Assembly: GCA_039028615.1 (NCBI GenBank)
Contig: JBCCHT010000012.1
Span: 160,001 to 224,000 of the forward strand
DNA length: 64,000 nucleotides
Direction of reading: 5' to 3'
DNA from: Myxococcota bacterium
GTDB lineage: Bacteria > Myxococcota_A > Polyangia > Nannocystales > Nannocystaceae
The notes under the pieces were generated by a model that searched no databases, had not been told where the DNA came from, and saw nothing but the letters and a program-made list of their open reading frames with translations. This document shows, piece after piece, positions 8,632-18,642 of this stretch. A program made the position numbers and the translations under genes. Every line of letters begins with the position of its first letter. The stretch's first letter is position 1.

Positions 8632-10395
8632 ATGGCACAGACCGCACGACCGATTCGCAAGGAGCCTCGGGCATCTCACGACGCCCGGCAATCACCCGCC
8701 GCGGGGGCGGAGACGTGGATGCCCGACGGCGTCGGCCCCTATGAGCTCGTGTCCTTCATCGGCCGCGGAGGCATGGGCGAGGTGTGGCTCGCGGTTCGCC
8801 GCGAGCTCGGGATGGCCTGCGTCATCAAGGTCATGCGACCCGAGCTCAGCGCCAACGAGAGCTATCGGACCATGTTCCTCAACGAGGCCCGCATCGCGTC
8901 GCAGCTGCGACATAGCCGGATCGTTCGAGTTCATGACGTCGGTGAATCGCGGGGCCTCCTGTATCTGGTGATGGACCGGGTGGACGGGGTCAACCTGTCT
9001 CAGTTTCTGTCCGCCCATGCCAAGCAAAAGGCCGGCCCGCTGAGCCTGTCGCTCGTGGCCTACATCATCAACGAGCTGCTGGAGGGGCTGTCCTACGCGC
9101 ACGGGCGCCGGATCGACCGCGTCCACGATGCGGGCGTGATTCACCACGACATCACGCCGAGCAACGTCCTCATCTCATCCCAGGGTGAGGTCATGCTGAC
9201 GGACTTCGGCATCGCCCGCTTCGCCGGGGCACCGACCCTCGAGTCGCGTCCCTTCGGCACGCTCCGCTATATGGCCCCGGAGCGATTGACGGGGCGGGTG
9301 ACTCGGCAGTCGGACCTCTACTCGGTGGGCGCCGTGCTCCACGAGCTGCTCGCCCGCCGGCCCCCGCTGCCCAAGTGCTCCGACTCGGACGAGCTGCGAA
9401 GGGCCCTGCTCTTCGCCCCCACGCCTCCGACGGGGCGTCACGACGTCCCGCCCGCGCTGGAGGGGCTCCGCGTCGCGTTACTCGAGAAGAAGCCGTTTCT
9501 GCGGCTGCGCTCGGCCGACGAAGCGCTCGAGATGCTGTCGCGTGTCGACGGCAGCTGCGGGGGCGGAGCCAACCTCCGAGCCCTCTACGGTCGGGTCATC
9601 GGCCCCGCGAGCTCGGGCATGACGATGTACCTGCAGCAGCATTCGTCGTCACAGCTCCCCTCGTTCCTCGCCCCGATGCTCGAAGCTTGGCGAGGCGAGA
9701 GCCCAACGGAACAGCCCGCTGCTCCTGCCCGCGGTGCCGCGGCGCTGATGCTGCGCACGCAGGAGACGGTGGATGTGAACCCGTCGACGATCGACCCCGC
9801 CACGCGGCGCTGGGCTCCCGAGGCGTCCACGATCCAGGTCGGCCCGGTTGCCCTCGATTCCACGGGAGGCGAGCCCGAAGCGCCGACCCGCCGACATCGA
9901 CCGGTTCGCGCCGACACGCCTGGGCCGGGCACCGCCGTTCATCCCCGTATACACCGTCAGGTCCGAATCCAGCGCGCCGCGACCCGAGACCGACAGACCG
10001 CTCCCCCCAACGCGAACGCGCGTACCGTCGCTCGACCTCGACCGCGGCCAGCCCCGGTCGATCCCACACCGGCACCGTCAATGGCGATTGTTCCCGACCG
10101 AGCGCCTTCGGGCGGGGCGCCTTCCGTGCCCATGCCCGCCGCCGCGACAGTACCGACGGAGCTCGCCCGAGCTGCGGCCGACGTGGGGCGAAGTCGAGGC
10201 CACCAACGTCTGCGACAGGGCTCGTGGACGGGTGCGGCCATGGGTGCACTGGCATTCGTGGGCCTGGTGGCCGTGCTCGCCTGGCTCATCAGCACGAACC
10301 TCCGTCGCGAAGCCCATTCCGCAACGGGCGGATCGATCGTGGTCGAGAAGCACGACCCCGCAATCGGAGCCGCGGCAGGAGAAATTGCGCGGTGA
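8632..10395 (+). CDS. Ser/Thr protein kinase, C-terminal TM
   Basis: IGRGGMGEVW, VIK, HHDITPSN, DFG, YMAPE, SDLYSVG; Pro/Ala linker; TM AAMGALAFVGLVAVLAWLI. Start uncertain. Confidence 0.88.
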   Translation: MAQTARPIRKEPRASHDARQSPAAGAETWMPDGVGPYELVSFIGRGGMGEVWLAVRRELGMACVIKVMRPELSANESYRTMFLNEARIASQLRHSRIVRVHDVGESRGLLYLVMDRVDGVNLSQFLSAHAKQKAGPLSLSLVAYIINELLEGLSYAHGRRIDRVHDAGVIHHDITPSNVLISSQGEVMLTDFGIARFAGAPTLESRPFGTLRYMAPERLTGRVTRQSDLYSVGAVLHELLARRPPLPKCSDSDELRRALLFAPTPPTGRHDVPPALEGLRVALLEKKPFLRLRSADEALEMLSRVDGSCGGGANLRALYGRVIGPASSGMTMYLQQHSSSQLPSFLAPMLEAWRGESPTEQPAAPARGAAALMLRTQETVDVNPSTIDPATRRWAPEASTIQVGPVALDSTGGEPEAPTRRHRPVRADTPGPGTAVHPRIHRQVRIQRAATRDRQTAPPNANARTVARPRPRPAPVDPTPAPSMAIVPDRAPSGGAPSVPMPAAATVPTELARAAADVGRSRGHQRLRQGSWTGAAMGALAFVGLVAVLAWLISTNLRREAHSATGGSIVVEKHDPAIGAAAGEIAR

Positions 10396-12068
10396 GTTCG
10401 GGAGCCCATCGAGCGACTCGCTCGGTCGTGGTGCCGTTTCCACGTAGTGGAGTCCCTGCGTCTCCGCCCACGGGTCCCGAGGTCGGCGATGTGGTGGCCG
10501 CAGGCCGCTACAGGCTCCTCGAACACCTCGGCGAGGGCGGCCTCGGGAACGTGTTTCGGGCCGTCGATCCAGCCGGTCTCTCGGTCGCCCTCAAGGTGTT
10601 GATCCCCCGCTATCGGGGCCGACCCGAACGGGAGCAACGACTGCTCGACGAACAGCGCTACATCGAGCAAGTCGGCGACCGCCGTCACGTCGTCGGGGCC
10701 ATCGAAGGGGGACGGCTCGAGGAATGGGGAGGCTGGCCCTACCTCGTGATGGAGTACCTGCCCGGCTCCTCGTTGTTCGCCCGCTTCATCCGGCAGCCTT
10801 CCCTGACGGTCGCCGAGCGCATCGAGATCGCCCTCCAGATCGCCAAGGGACTGCGATCGATCCATGCGGCGGGCGTCATCCACCGCGATCTGAGCCCGCG
10901 AAACGTCTTGCTCGTGCAGCGGGGCCAGGCACTCACCGTCAAGATCATCGACTTCAGTCATGCCGCGCGGGTCGTCGGGGCTCGGAATGTCGATCATCGC
11001 CGCCTGACCGGGGCTCATGAGGTCCCCGGTACTGCCCAATACATGGCCCCGGAGCAGGCCCGAGCCGTTTCGGCTGCGCCCGCCATGGACGTGTATGCGC
11101 TCGGGTTGGTCCTGCACGAGATGGTCACGGGTCGCGCTCCGTTCGCGGGGTTGGATCGATCGACCTGCATCGACCTTCGCAGCCGGCACGCACTCGAGGT
11201 CGCGCCGCTCGATCCTCGGGTCTACCCGGACTTTTCGCGGGAGTTCATCGATCTCATTGCCGCGTGTCTCCAAGAGGGCTGGCAACGACGGCCCTCGAGC
11301 GACAGTGTCGTCGCTCGGCTCGAATCGCTCGGGGGCGCCCGGCCCCGCGGTCCTGCGCCCGAGCAGCGGAAGTGGCTGCCGCCCGCCGTCGACCAGCGCC
11401 AGCCGCTTGTTCGTCCGCAGCTCCCTCGCTTGATCGAGACGGAGGTGGTCGAGGCCGTCGCCGTCGAGTGGGATCCCAAACGAACCCGACGTCGGCGAGC
11501 GGCGCTGGTTCTCGTTGTACTCCTCGCCGTGGCATTGCCCTCGGTGGTGTGGTTCGCGAGTTCTCCCTCTCCTCGTGCGTCGTGGGGACTGGTCGCCCTT
11601 CCCGTTCCCCCGTCGCCCAGCGTGCCATCGGTCGTGGTTCCCACCCCGCACGAGCCGGCTGCTTCTCCGAGTGCCATCGATACGGGCCCCGAACCGGCCG
11701 TGGGCCACAGCGAGACCCGCCCCCACCGCAAGCGCTCCTCGAAAAGACGCCGTCGCGCCACCGTGCGAGCCCGTCGGGTCTCCACCCCGTCGAACAAAGC
11801 TACGGGCGAGCGTTGCCACGACGTGCGACAGTCGGCCCACGACGCTGGCCGCCACCGTCAGTGGACGACGGTGCTCGCCCATACCCGGTCGGAGCAGTGT
11901 TGGTCCGCAGACGCGAACACGCGCGGCGTTCTGCGGGCCCAAGCGCTGATGAACCTGAGTCGGTGGGCCGAGTGTGCCGCGCTCGGGCGACAGGTCGACG
12001 ACGAGCGCGTGCATCGGTGGGCGGCCCGGTGCGAGGCACGAGCAACCCGGTCGGGAGATCCATCGTGA
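10392..12068 (+). CDS. Ser/Thr protein kinase with TM and Cys-containing C-terminal domain
   Basis: GTG start overlaps the previous stop (GTGA); LGEGGLGNVF, VALK, HRDLSPRN, DFS, YMAPE, DVYALG; TM AALVLVVLLAVALPSVVWF. Confidence 0.88.
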   Translation: MSSGAHRATRSVVVPFPRSGVPASPPTGPEVGDVVAAGRYRLLEHLGEGGLGNVFRAVDPAGLSVALKVLIPRYRGRPEREQRLLDEQRYIEQVGDRRHVVGAIEGGRLEEWGGWPYLVMEYLPGSSLFARFIRQPSLTVAERIEIALQIAKGLRSIHAAGVIHRDLSPRNVLLVQRGQALTVKIIDFSHAARVVGARNVDHRRLTGAHEVPGTAQYMAPEQARAVSAAPAMDVYALGLVLHEMVTGRAPFAGLDRSTCIDLRSRHALEVAPLDPRVYPDFSREFIDLIAACLQEGWQRRPSSDSVVARLESLGGARPRGPAPEQRKWLPPAVDQRQPLVRPQLPRLIETEVVEAVAVEWDPKRTRRRRAALVLVVLLAVALPSVVWFASSPSPRASWGLVALPVPPSPSVPSVVVPTPHEPAASPSAIDTGPEPAVGHSETRPHRKRSSKRRRRATVRARRVSTPSNKATGERCHDVRQSAHDAGRHRQWTTVLAHTRSEQCWSADANTRGVLRAQALMNLSRWAECAALGRQVDDERVHRWAARCEARATRSGDPS

Positions 12069-12898
12069 ACGTAGCGGCGACGCTCGGGCTCGTCGGGCTG
12101 CTGCTCGGCGCCTCCACCGAGACCAACGCTCGAGGCTCGGGCTCGAACGAGACGACTTCGATCGCCGCCTCGGAGGCGCGCCCCCACTCGGTAGCGCTCC
12201 GCATCGATGCGTCGTCGCTGCACGAAGACGAGCGAGAAGACGTCGCCCGCTGGCTGGACGAAGATGCCCGAGCTTCGTTGGCGGAAGCTGGCGCCCACGT
12301 GGAAGAGCCGGCGCAGCATGAAGTAGAGATCATGGTCCGCCCCGCCGACCTGGGCTACGTGGTCTCGATCGCCGTCCGCGGCCCAGACCGCGACGTGGTG
12401 CTCGTCGAACGAGAGCCCCGAACCTGCGCGGCATGCAACCACACCGAGCTGCTCGCGATGGTCGACCGGGAGCTGATGTGGCTCGGAGGATGGCTCGCCG
12501 AATACGACCCCCCCTCGGCCGCCCCCACCCCGCACGTGCCCCGGCCGACCGTTCGCGTTGCTCTCCCGGCTCCCACTGTCGATTCGACCGACGATGCACG
12601 CTTCACCCGAACCCAACGCGGTCGGTGGGTCGCAGGCGGCGTGATCACGACGGCAGGGGCCGCGTTCATCGGGACCGGTCTGTGGTTGGCATCGCACCGC
12701 GAGGTCCTGCCGCATGGCGAGGCCGAGGGCGTCCCCGTCCGCAGCTTTCGCGATGCGGGAGTGGCCATGGTCGCAGTCGGTGGCGCGGCCGTGGTCACCG
12801 GGCTCGGGCTCGCCATTTCGGCTGCAGTTCACCGGCGCCGAGCAAGACGGTCGTCTCGCGCCGCATCCATGTCATCGCCGTTGCGCTACTCGTTCTGA
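12065..12898 (+). CDS. Hypothetical exported/membrane protein (277 aa)
   Basis: GTGA overlap with the kinase; signal-like N-terminus; CAAC motif; two C-terminal Gly-rich hydrophobic segments. Confidence 0.7.
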   Translation: MNVAATLGLVGLLLGASTETNARGSGSNETTSIAASEARPHSVALRIDASSLHEDEREDVARWLDEDARASLAEAGAHVEEPAQHEVEIMVRPADLGYVVSIAVRGPDRDVVLVEREPRTCAACNHTELLAMVDRELMWLGGWLAEYDPPSAAPTPHVPRPTVRVALPAPTVDSTDDARFTRTQRGRWVAGGVITTAGAAFIGTGLWLASHREVLPHGEAEGVPVRSFRDAGVAMVAVGGAAVVTGLGLAISAAVHRRRARRSSRAASMSSPLRYSF

Positions 12899-12913
12899 AG
12901 GAAATCAAGAGAA

Positions 12914-14413
12914 GTGAAACACCCCTACGTCCGGCGGGTAGCCGTAGTCGCCGTTTTCGCGGGCATGACGGCCTGCGTCGAGATCGGCGCCACGCCGCAG
13001 TTTCACTGTCGCTACAACGGGGGTGATCGAGCCTGCGAGCGCCACGGAGACGCGCGCGTGTTCTGCTCGTGGGGCAGTGAAGTCTGCGGGCCGAGCCCCG
13101 CCAACGACGGCTGTGTCGCTCAACGGCCGGCCAACGAGTGCTACACCCCCTGCGGTGATGTGTTGGTCGACGAAGACGACCAGTGCCTGTACGACAATTC
13201 GTCGAGCAGCTCGGGCATGGAGTCCGATGGCTCCGAAGACTCGTCTTCGAGCGACACGACAGCAATGGGGGAATCGGAAAGCGGGAACGAATCGTGCTCG
13301 AGCAACGACGACTGCTCGCCCCTCGAGGCCCCGTACTGCGACGACGGCCAGTGTGTCTCGTGCGAGCTCGCGCCAGACGCGGATGGGGCCGACCTCGCAT
13401 GTGTGTCCAGCGACCCGCAGTTCCCGGTGTGCATCGACGGCGCCTGTTTGGGGTGCCGACCCGACACCAACGAGGGGTGCGAGGGGCCGACGCCCATCTG
13501 TGATTCCGCCTCGCACTCGTGTGTCGGCTGTCGCGACCACGACGACTGCGGCGAAGCGGGCTGCAACCTGTTCACGGGCGCGTGCTTGCCTGCCGATCAG
13601 GTCGTGCACATCTGGCCAGATTCAGGAGTCACTGCGCTGGTTGATGCCATCGCCGGGTTCGGCCCCCGTAGCGAAGGCACGGTGGTGGTGCACGGCAACG
13701 TGATTTCGGAAGGCCAAGCCACCGTCGACGAGGGTCGTGTCCTCGCCATCGTGGGTGAATGGGACGAATCTGGCCGGCCACAGTGGGAGCCGGGGCCGGA
13801 CGTGCATGCACTCGTTGTCGCGGAGGCAACCGTGATGGTCGACGGAATCGATCTCGTCAGGGGGGACTTTGACGAGCCGGCAGTTCGACTCGACGGTGGC
13901 CAGGCCTGGTTCGAAAGATGCTCGATGTATTCGCTCCCAGGTGGCTCGCTGTCTGCTCACGCTGGCTCGAACATCGTCGTTCAGAACAGCTTCATCGCAG
14001 GACTATCCAGCAGAACCAGCGCGGTCATCGAGGAGTCTCGGGCCACCATCCGGTACACCACGATGGCCTCCGAATCTCAGACCGTTCCGATGATCATGTG
14101 TGTTGCCCCGGAGTCCGTGGAGATTCAGAACTCCATCCTCGTTGGGAGCATGGCTCCTGAACTCCCACTCGACTGCGTAGAAGCGTCGGTCGTGGATAGC
14201 GCATTGAGCGGACAATCCCAATCGAGCTGGTTCGAGGACTTCTCGAGCGGGAATCTACACCTCTCTGAAACGGGCGCAGCAGAGTTCCAGGGCATCGCCC
14301 GCTGGCGGTACGGACACCCTCCCCGAGACATCGACGGTGACCCCCGCCCCGTCACCGATGGCAGCCCCGACTACCCGGGCGCCGACGTCCCGACCTTCGC
14401 CTCCAACCGCTAG
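12914..14413 (+). CDS. Cys-rich lipoprotein with C-terminal beta-helix-like domain
   Basis: Lipobox-like AGMTAC; Cys-rich repeats; Ser/Asp/Glu linker; C-terminal DIDGDPRP...PGAD motif typical of beta-helix surface proteins. Confidence 0.75.
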   Translation: MKHPYVRRVAVVAVFAGMTACVEIGATPQFHCRYNGGDRACERHGDARVFCSWGSEVCGPSPANDGCVAQRPANECYTPCGDVLVDEDDQCLYDNSSSSSGMESDGSEDSSSSDTTAMGESESGNESCSSNDDCSPLEAPYCDDGQCVSCELAPDADGADLACVSSDPQFPVCIDGACLGCRPDTNEGCEGPTPICDSASHSCVGCRDHDDCGEAGCNLFTGACLPADQVVHIWPDSGVTALVDAIAGFGPRSEGTVVVHGNVISEGQATVDEGRVLAIVGEWDESGRPQWEPGPDVHALVVAEATVMVDGIDLVRGDFDEPAVRLDGGQAWFERCSMYSLPGGSLSAHAGSNIVVQNSFIAGLSSRTSAVIEESRATIRYTTMASESQTVPMIMCVAPESVEIQNSILVGSMAPELPLDCVEASVVDSALSGQSQSSWFEDFSSGNLHLSETGAAEFQGIARWRYGHPPRDIDGDPRPVTDGSPDYPGADVPTFASNR

Positions 14414-14730
14414 AGCCCCGTCATCCCCCTCCTGCGCCCAATTTCCGAAATCCTGCAAAAACGGAAAAGCCATCTGCGAGATTGTCTGTTGTGCCTCCGC
14501 AGGCCGAGGACTAGCTTCGTTTCGAGGCAAGGAAACCCCGGCCGCCCACCAATCACGGCGCTCGCCGTCTCCGGCCGGACCCCGCCTCCAAACCACTGAA
14601 CGAAGGCCTCGCGAGGGTCGGTGTCACTTGCGCGCCTGCTCGTGGACCGTGGACCGAAAGCTCGGGCCACGGCGCCCTCGTGACTTCATTTCACCGTCGA
14701 GCGCCCGGCTCGAGGCAACGGAGCATCATC

Positions 14731-15420
14731 ATGACCAAGCCACTCTCTCTTTCCCTGCGTTCCTTCGCCCTCGGTTCGGCCCTCCTGGTGCCGTTGGCCT
14801 GCGATCCGAGCAGCCCGGCCGAGGCCATGCCAGCCGCCCCTGCGGCGACGCAAGAAAAGGCCGAGACCCCCGCGAAGGCCGAGCCCGCGACTCCCGTGGA
14901 CGCCGCGCTGGCCAAGGCATCCACCGCCGCGGTGACGAAGTTCGAGTCGTCCGGGATCGCGGCGGCGCCGATGCGCGTGCAGGTCAAGGCTCGTCTCGAT
15001 GCGGCGCCCGACGAGGTCTGGGCCTACGTGTCCGACAACGGCAACCTGCAAGAATACGCGGCGTCGGTCGGAGTGAAACACGTGGAAATCGACGACTCCA
15101 AGGCCGATGCCAACGGAGTGGGCGTGGTGCGAGAGTGCACGGCGATGGGCGACGAGAACATCGTGGAGGAGATCGTCTATGCGGAGGCACCCTACGTGTT
15201 CGGGTACTCGGCGGTGCAAAACCCCCTCGGGATGACCGACCACACCGGGGTCATCATCGTGCGGCCCGCAGCCGGCGGGACGACGGAGCTGGAGTGGCGC
15301 CAGTATTTCAACGCGGCCGACCCCAGCAACGAGACTTCGATGGCGATCAAGACGAAGATCATGACCACCGGGCTGCTAGCCTTCTTCACCAACAAGTACG
15401 GCGGCGAAGTGGTCTCCTGA
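14731..15420 (+). CDS. SRPBCC/START (polyketide cyclase-like) domain lipoprotein
   Basis: Lipobox VPLAC; LDAAPDEVWAYVSD, GVGVVREC, IVEEIV, GGTTELEWR match the SRPBCC pattern. Confidence 0.78.
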   Translation: MTKPLSLSLRSFALGSALLVPLACDPSSPAEAMPAAPAATQEKAETPAKAEPATPVDAALAKASTAAVTKFESSGIAAAPMRVQVKARLDAAPDEVWAYVSDNGNLQEYAASVGVKHVEIDDSKADANGVGVVRECTAMGDENIVEEIVYAEAPYVFGYSAVQNPLGMTDHTGVIIVRPAAGGTTELEWRQYFNAADPSNETSMAIKTKIMTTGLLAFFTNKYGGEVVS

Positions 15421-15559
15421 GCGGCTTGCGCGGTCCGGTGGAGTTCGGCGGAGCCCATGCGCTCGGCCGGCCTCCGTCGCGCCGCCCCGACCAACGAAAT
15501 CGAGCCGACCGTGGACCGGCGGCGGGGACCAACGCTACCCTCGCCGACGAACCGGACCC

Positions 15560-18061
15560 ATGGTGTCTCCCCTCGACGACTCGCCGCACGCGCCCACTTG
15601 GAGGCCCGCACACTCTTTTTGGGCCCGGCGGCGAATCTACGGCGTGTCGTTGCTGGTGGGGCTGGTGAGCGTGGCCATCGCGTGGATGAGCATGGGCGAG
15701 TCCGCGTTGAGCCCGGGGCGACTGTCTCGGGCACACGCCATGCTGGAGAACGACTGCGCTCGCTGCCACACGCTGCCGTTTCGCGACGTGCGGGCGATCC
15801 TCGGTACCGACGCACAACGGACGATGAATGCCGCGTGCCTCGACTGCCATGGGCCACGCCTCGGGCACGACCGCATCAACCTCGATCCTCACCACGGGGC
15901 ACCCGGTGCCCGCCTGAAGGACGTGGCGTGCGCGGACTGCCATGTGGAGCACGAAGCGGCGGTCGCCCTGCGCGACGTGGCCGATCCGGCATGCGTGCGA
16001 TGCCATGGCGCTCTGGACGAGCCGATCGATCGCTTCGCAGGGGCGAGCGGTGAGGGCCTGCACCCGGACTTCCTGCCGGCCGAGGGCAGCGACGCGAGCA
16101 CCCTTCGCTTCGATCACCAGCTGCACCTGAAGGGTGGCCGCTCGACCTGCAGCGACTGCCATCACACGGAGGCACCCGCCGCGGCGCACCTGCGCGGCCG
16201 CTACATGCTGCCCGTCGACTACGCCAAAGACTGCCGCCGCTGTCATCCGCTCACCCTGGAGGTGGCGGACGTGCGAATCGACCTGCCGCACGACGTGCCC
16301 GCGGTGGTCAATGCCCACGTCAATCGAGTCGCGACCGAGCGAGGGCAGAGCAGCGAGTGGCAGGCGAACGTCGCGATGCACCTGTACGCCGAGTCGGGCG
16401 TCTGCGGCACCTGTCACACCATCGAGTCACTGCCCACCGGTCCGGCCATCGCTCCGGTGGCGATCCCGGAGCGCTGGTATCCGAAGGCCAGCTTCGATCA
16501 CGGGCAGCACACGGCCGTCGGCTATCAGAACGAGGACTACGGCAAGGACGCGGCGTGCCGGCATTGCCACTCCAACGCGCTGGCCAGCAACCACGCCTCG
16601 GACGTGCTCGTGCCCGGCATCGAGACTTGCCGCCAGTGCCACGGCCAAGGCACCACGGACCAGTGCTCGAGCTGCCACACCTTTCATCAGGCACGGGGGC
16701 CGCTGTCGGTGCGCTGGGATGACGTCGACGAGGAGACGGTGGCGTTCGGGCGCGACCAGACGCTCTACGGAACCCGCCGCGGCGACTCCTACTGGCCGCT
16801 CCGTGCGTTCTTCGAGCTGCCGGAGAAGATCTGGGAACGGCCCGACATCCAGCCGCGCAGCAGAGAGTTCTACGACGAGGTCTTCCGCCGCTACGGCCTG
16901 CACCCCTCGCCCGTCGAGAACGACGGGCTACCGATGGGCCTCATTCGCACCGACCTCCCCTACAAGGACGAGCCCGGTATCGCGATGACCTGCGAGCTGT
17001 GCCACTCGAGCTCCTTGTTCGGCACCATCTACGAGGGGCAGCCCAACCCGTTTTCCTCGATGGAGCAGCTGTTCCGCGAGATGTCGCGGATCTCCGACGG
17101 CGACGAGACCGACCCGCTCTACGACAAGAACCCCGGCCGCAACTCCATCGTCAACGGCGCGGACCAGCTCGGCCTGGTGGGTCTGATCATTCGCCAGCCC
17201 GACCTCGCCCTCGACCTTCCGGTCCTGGCCCAGGTCGTGAGCGACACGGCGATGGAGTACAAGCCCGAGTTCGACGCGCTGGCCTACGTCAAGACGCCGC
17301 CCTGGTACACCTACCGCACCAAGCGGAGCGGAGCCGCGGGCTACTACTTCGACGGCGGGCACCCCAAGGACGGCAACTTCTCCGCCTTCACGTACCTCGC
17401 TGGGTTCCACGAGCCCGATGGCGCGGACGTCCGTGCGGCGCTCAGCGACTGGATGCTCGGCGGACATGCCTACCTCGCGACCCTGCGCGGCCCCGCGTAC
17501 CCCTTCGCCATCGATGCCTCCGCGGCCCGACGCGGGCGCTCGCTGTACGAGAAACACTGCGCCAGCTGCCATGGGCACTACGAGGGGGACGAGGCCACGC
17601 CCGAGACCCTCGTCTATCCCGGCCTGGTCGTGCCCATCGAAGAGATCGGTACCGACCCTCATCGCGCGCACTTCCCCGTCTCGTTCAAGGTGCGCATGCG
17701 AAAGATCCTGCGCGACGAGTACATCCCCAACCGAGGCTACGCCGCGATGCCGCTGAACTCGGTCTGGGCCCGCGCCCCCTACCTGCACAACGGCTCGATC
17801 CCCACCCTCGCCGCGCTGCTCGACCCCTCGCTTCGCCCCCGTCGCTGGGCCCTGGTCGCCAACCCCAACAACGAAGACGACTTCCTGAAGGACGCGGTGG
17901 GCTGGCGCTACGAGACCTTGGCCGATGGTGAGCAGACCGATCACATGCGGGTCTACGATCCCGACGTCGTGGTCGGCCTCGGCAACGAGGGGCACACCTA
18001 TGGCTCGCAGCTGCCCGCTTCCGACCGCGCGGCGCTCATCGAGTTCCTCAAGACGCTCTGA
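15560..18061 (+). CDS. Membrane-anchored multiheme cytochrome c: 10-heme domain fused to RoxA/CCP-like diheme domain
   Basis: 12 CxxCH counted (CARCH, CLDCH, CADCH, CVRCH, CSDCH, CRRCH, CGTCH, CRHCH, CRQCH, CSSCH, CELCH, CASCH); IGTDP, VWARAPYLHNGSIPTL, GNEGHTYG, ALIEFLKTL; N-terminal TM. Confidence 0.88.
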   Translation: MVSPLDDSPHAPTWRPAHSFWARRRIYGVSLLVGLVSVAIAWMSMGESALSPGRLSRAHAMLENDCARCHTLPFRDVRAILGTDAQRTMNAACLDCHGPRLGHDRINLDPHHGAPGARLKDVACADCHVEHEAAVALRDVADPACVRCHGALDEPIDRFAGASGEGLHPDFLPAEGSDASTLRFDHQLHLKGGRSTCSDCHHTEAPAAAHLRGRYMLPVDYAKDCRRCHPLTLEVADVRIDLPHDVPAVVNAHVNRVATERGQSSEWQANVAMHLYAESGVCGTCHTIESLPTGPAIAPVAIPERWYPKASFDHGQHTAVGYQNEDYGKDAACRHCHSNALASNHASDVLVPGIETCRQCHGQGTTDQCSSCHTFHQARGPLSVRWDDVDEETVAFGRDQTLYGTRRGDSYWPLRAFFELPEKIWERPDIQPRSREFYDEVFRRYGLHPSPVENDGLPMGLIRTDLPYKDEPGIAMTCELCHSSSLFGTIYEGQPNPFSSMEQLFREMSRISDGDETDPLYDKNPGRNSIVNGADQLGLVGLIIRQPDLALDLPVLAQVVSDTAMEYKPEFDALAYVKTPPWYTYRTKRSGAAGYYFDGGHPKDGNFSAFTYLAGFHEPDGADVRAALSDWMLGGHAYLATLRGPAYPFAIDASAARRGRSLYEKHCASCHGHYEGDEATPETLVYPGLVVPIEEIGTDPHRAHFPVSFKVRMRKILRDEYIPNRGYAAMPLNSVWARAPYLHNGSIPTLAALLDPSLRPRRWALVANPNNEDDFLKDAVGWRYETLADGEQTDHMRVYDPDVVVGLGNEGHTYGSQLPASDRAALIEFLKTL

Positions 18062-18642
18062 GACGTTCGCTAAAGCGTCGAACGAGGCGACGGTCGTGTA
18101 GCCTCGGCGACGCCGCGCTGCGCCTGGACATGGCTTCGGGTCGAGTTTCCGTGGGCGTGGCAGCCCCCGGTAGAGATATGAGCCAAGTCGAAATTCGGTT
18201 ACCGAAGAATCGAAGACGGGGACGAGTTTTTCTGGCCTACACGACCTCCCGTGCAGGCTTCTGCGCGATTGGGTCCCGATGAGGGCCCGCGACCGTGACC
18301 GTTCTCCACCGCTCCGTACGCTGTCGGGCATCCGCTGCATTCGTCGGTATCTGCGCAGCACTCCTTCGACTCGCCTTCGGGCATCGATCGGTGTCGGAGG
18401 AATGTGCGGATATTCGCTATCGTGAACATTCTCGTTTTTCTTTGAGACAAAACGAGTGACCGGACGGAGACAATCTTCATAAACGTCATTGATGGAATCA
18501 TCTCGCCAATTCGCACACGACGCCGTGGAGCTCCACGCCGTCGTCGAGGCCTCATCGACGCCTCGCCTCCTTCGTTCGAAGGCGTGTCGGCCACTTGGTC
18601 AGTCTCGCCCCGGCCACTTCGGTTCACTAGGCTGACTCGACA

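Noticed and set aside
8632..12068. Calling the tandem kinases pseudokinases or pseudogenes
   Set aside because: Catalytic Lys, Asp and Asn and the DF Asp are retained; frames are intact.
18199..18429. 76-aa Cys-containing ORF (KECCADTDECSGCP), metallothionein-like
   Set aside because: Weak codon bias, only five Cys, no clear RBS; cannot be supported without homology.
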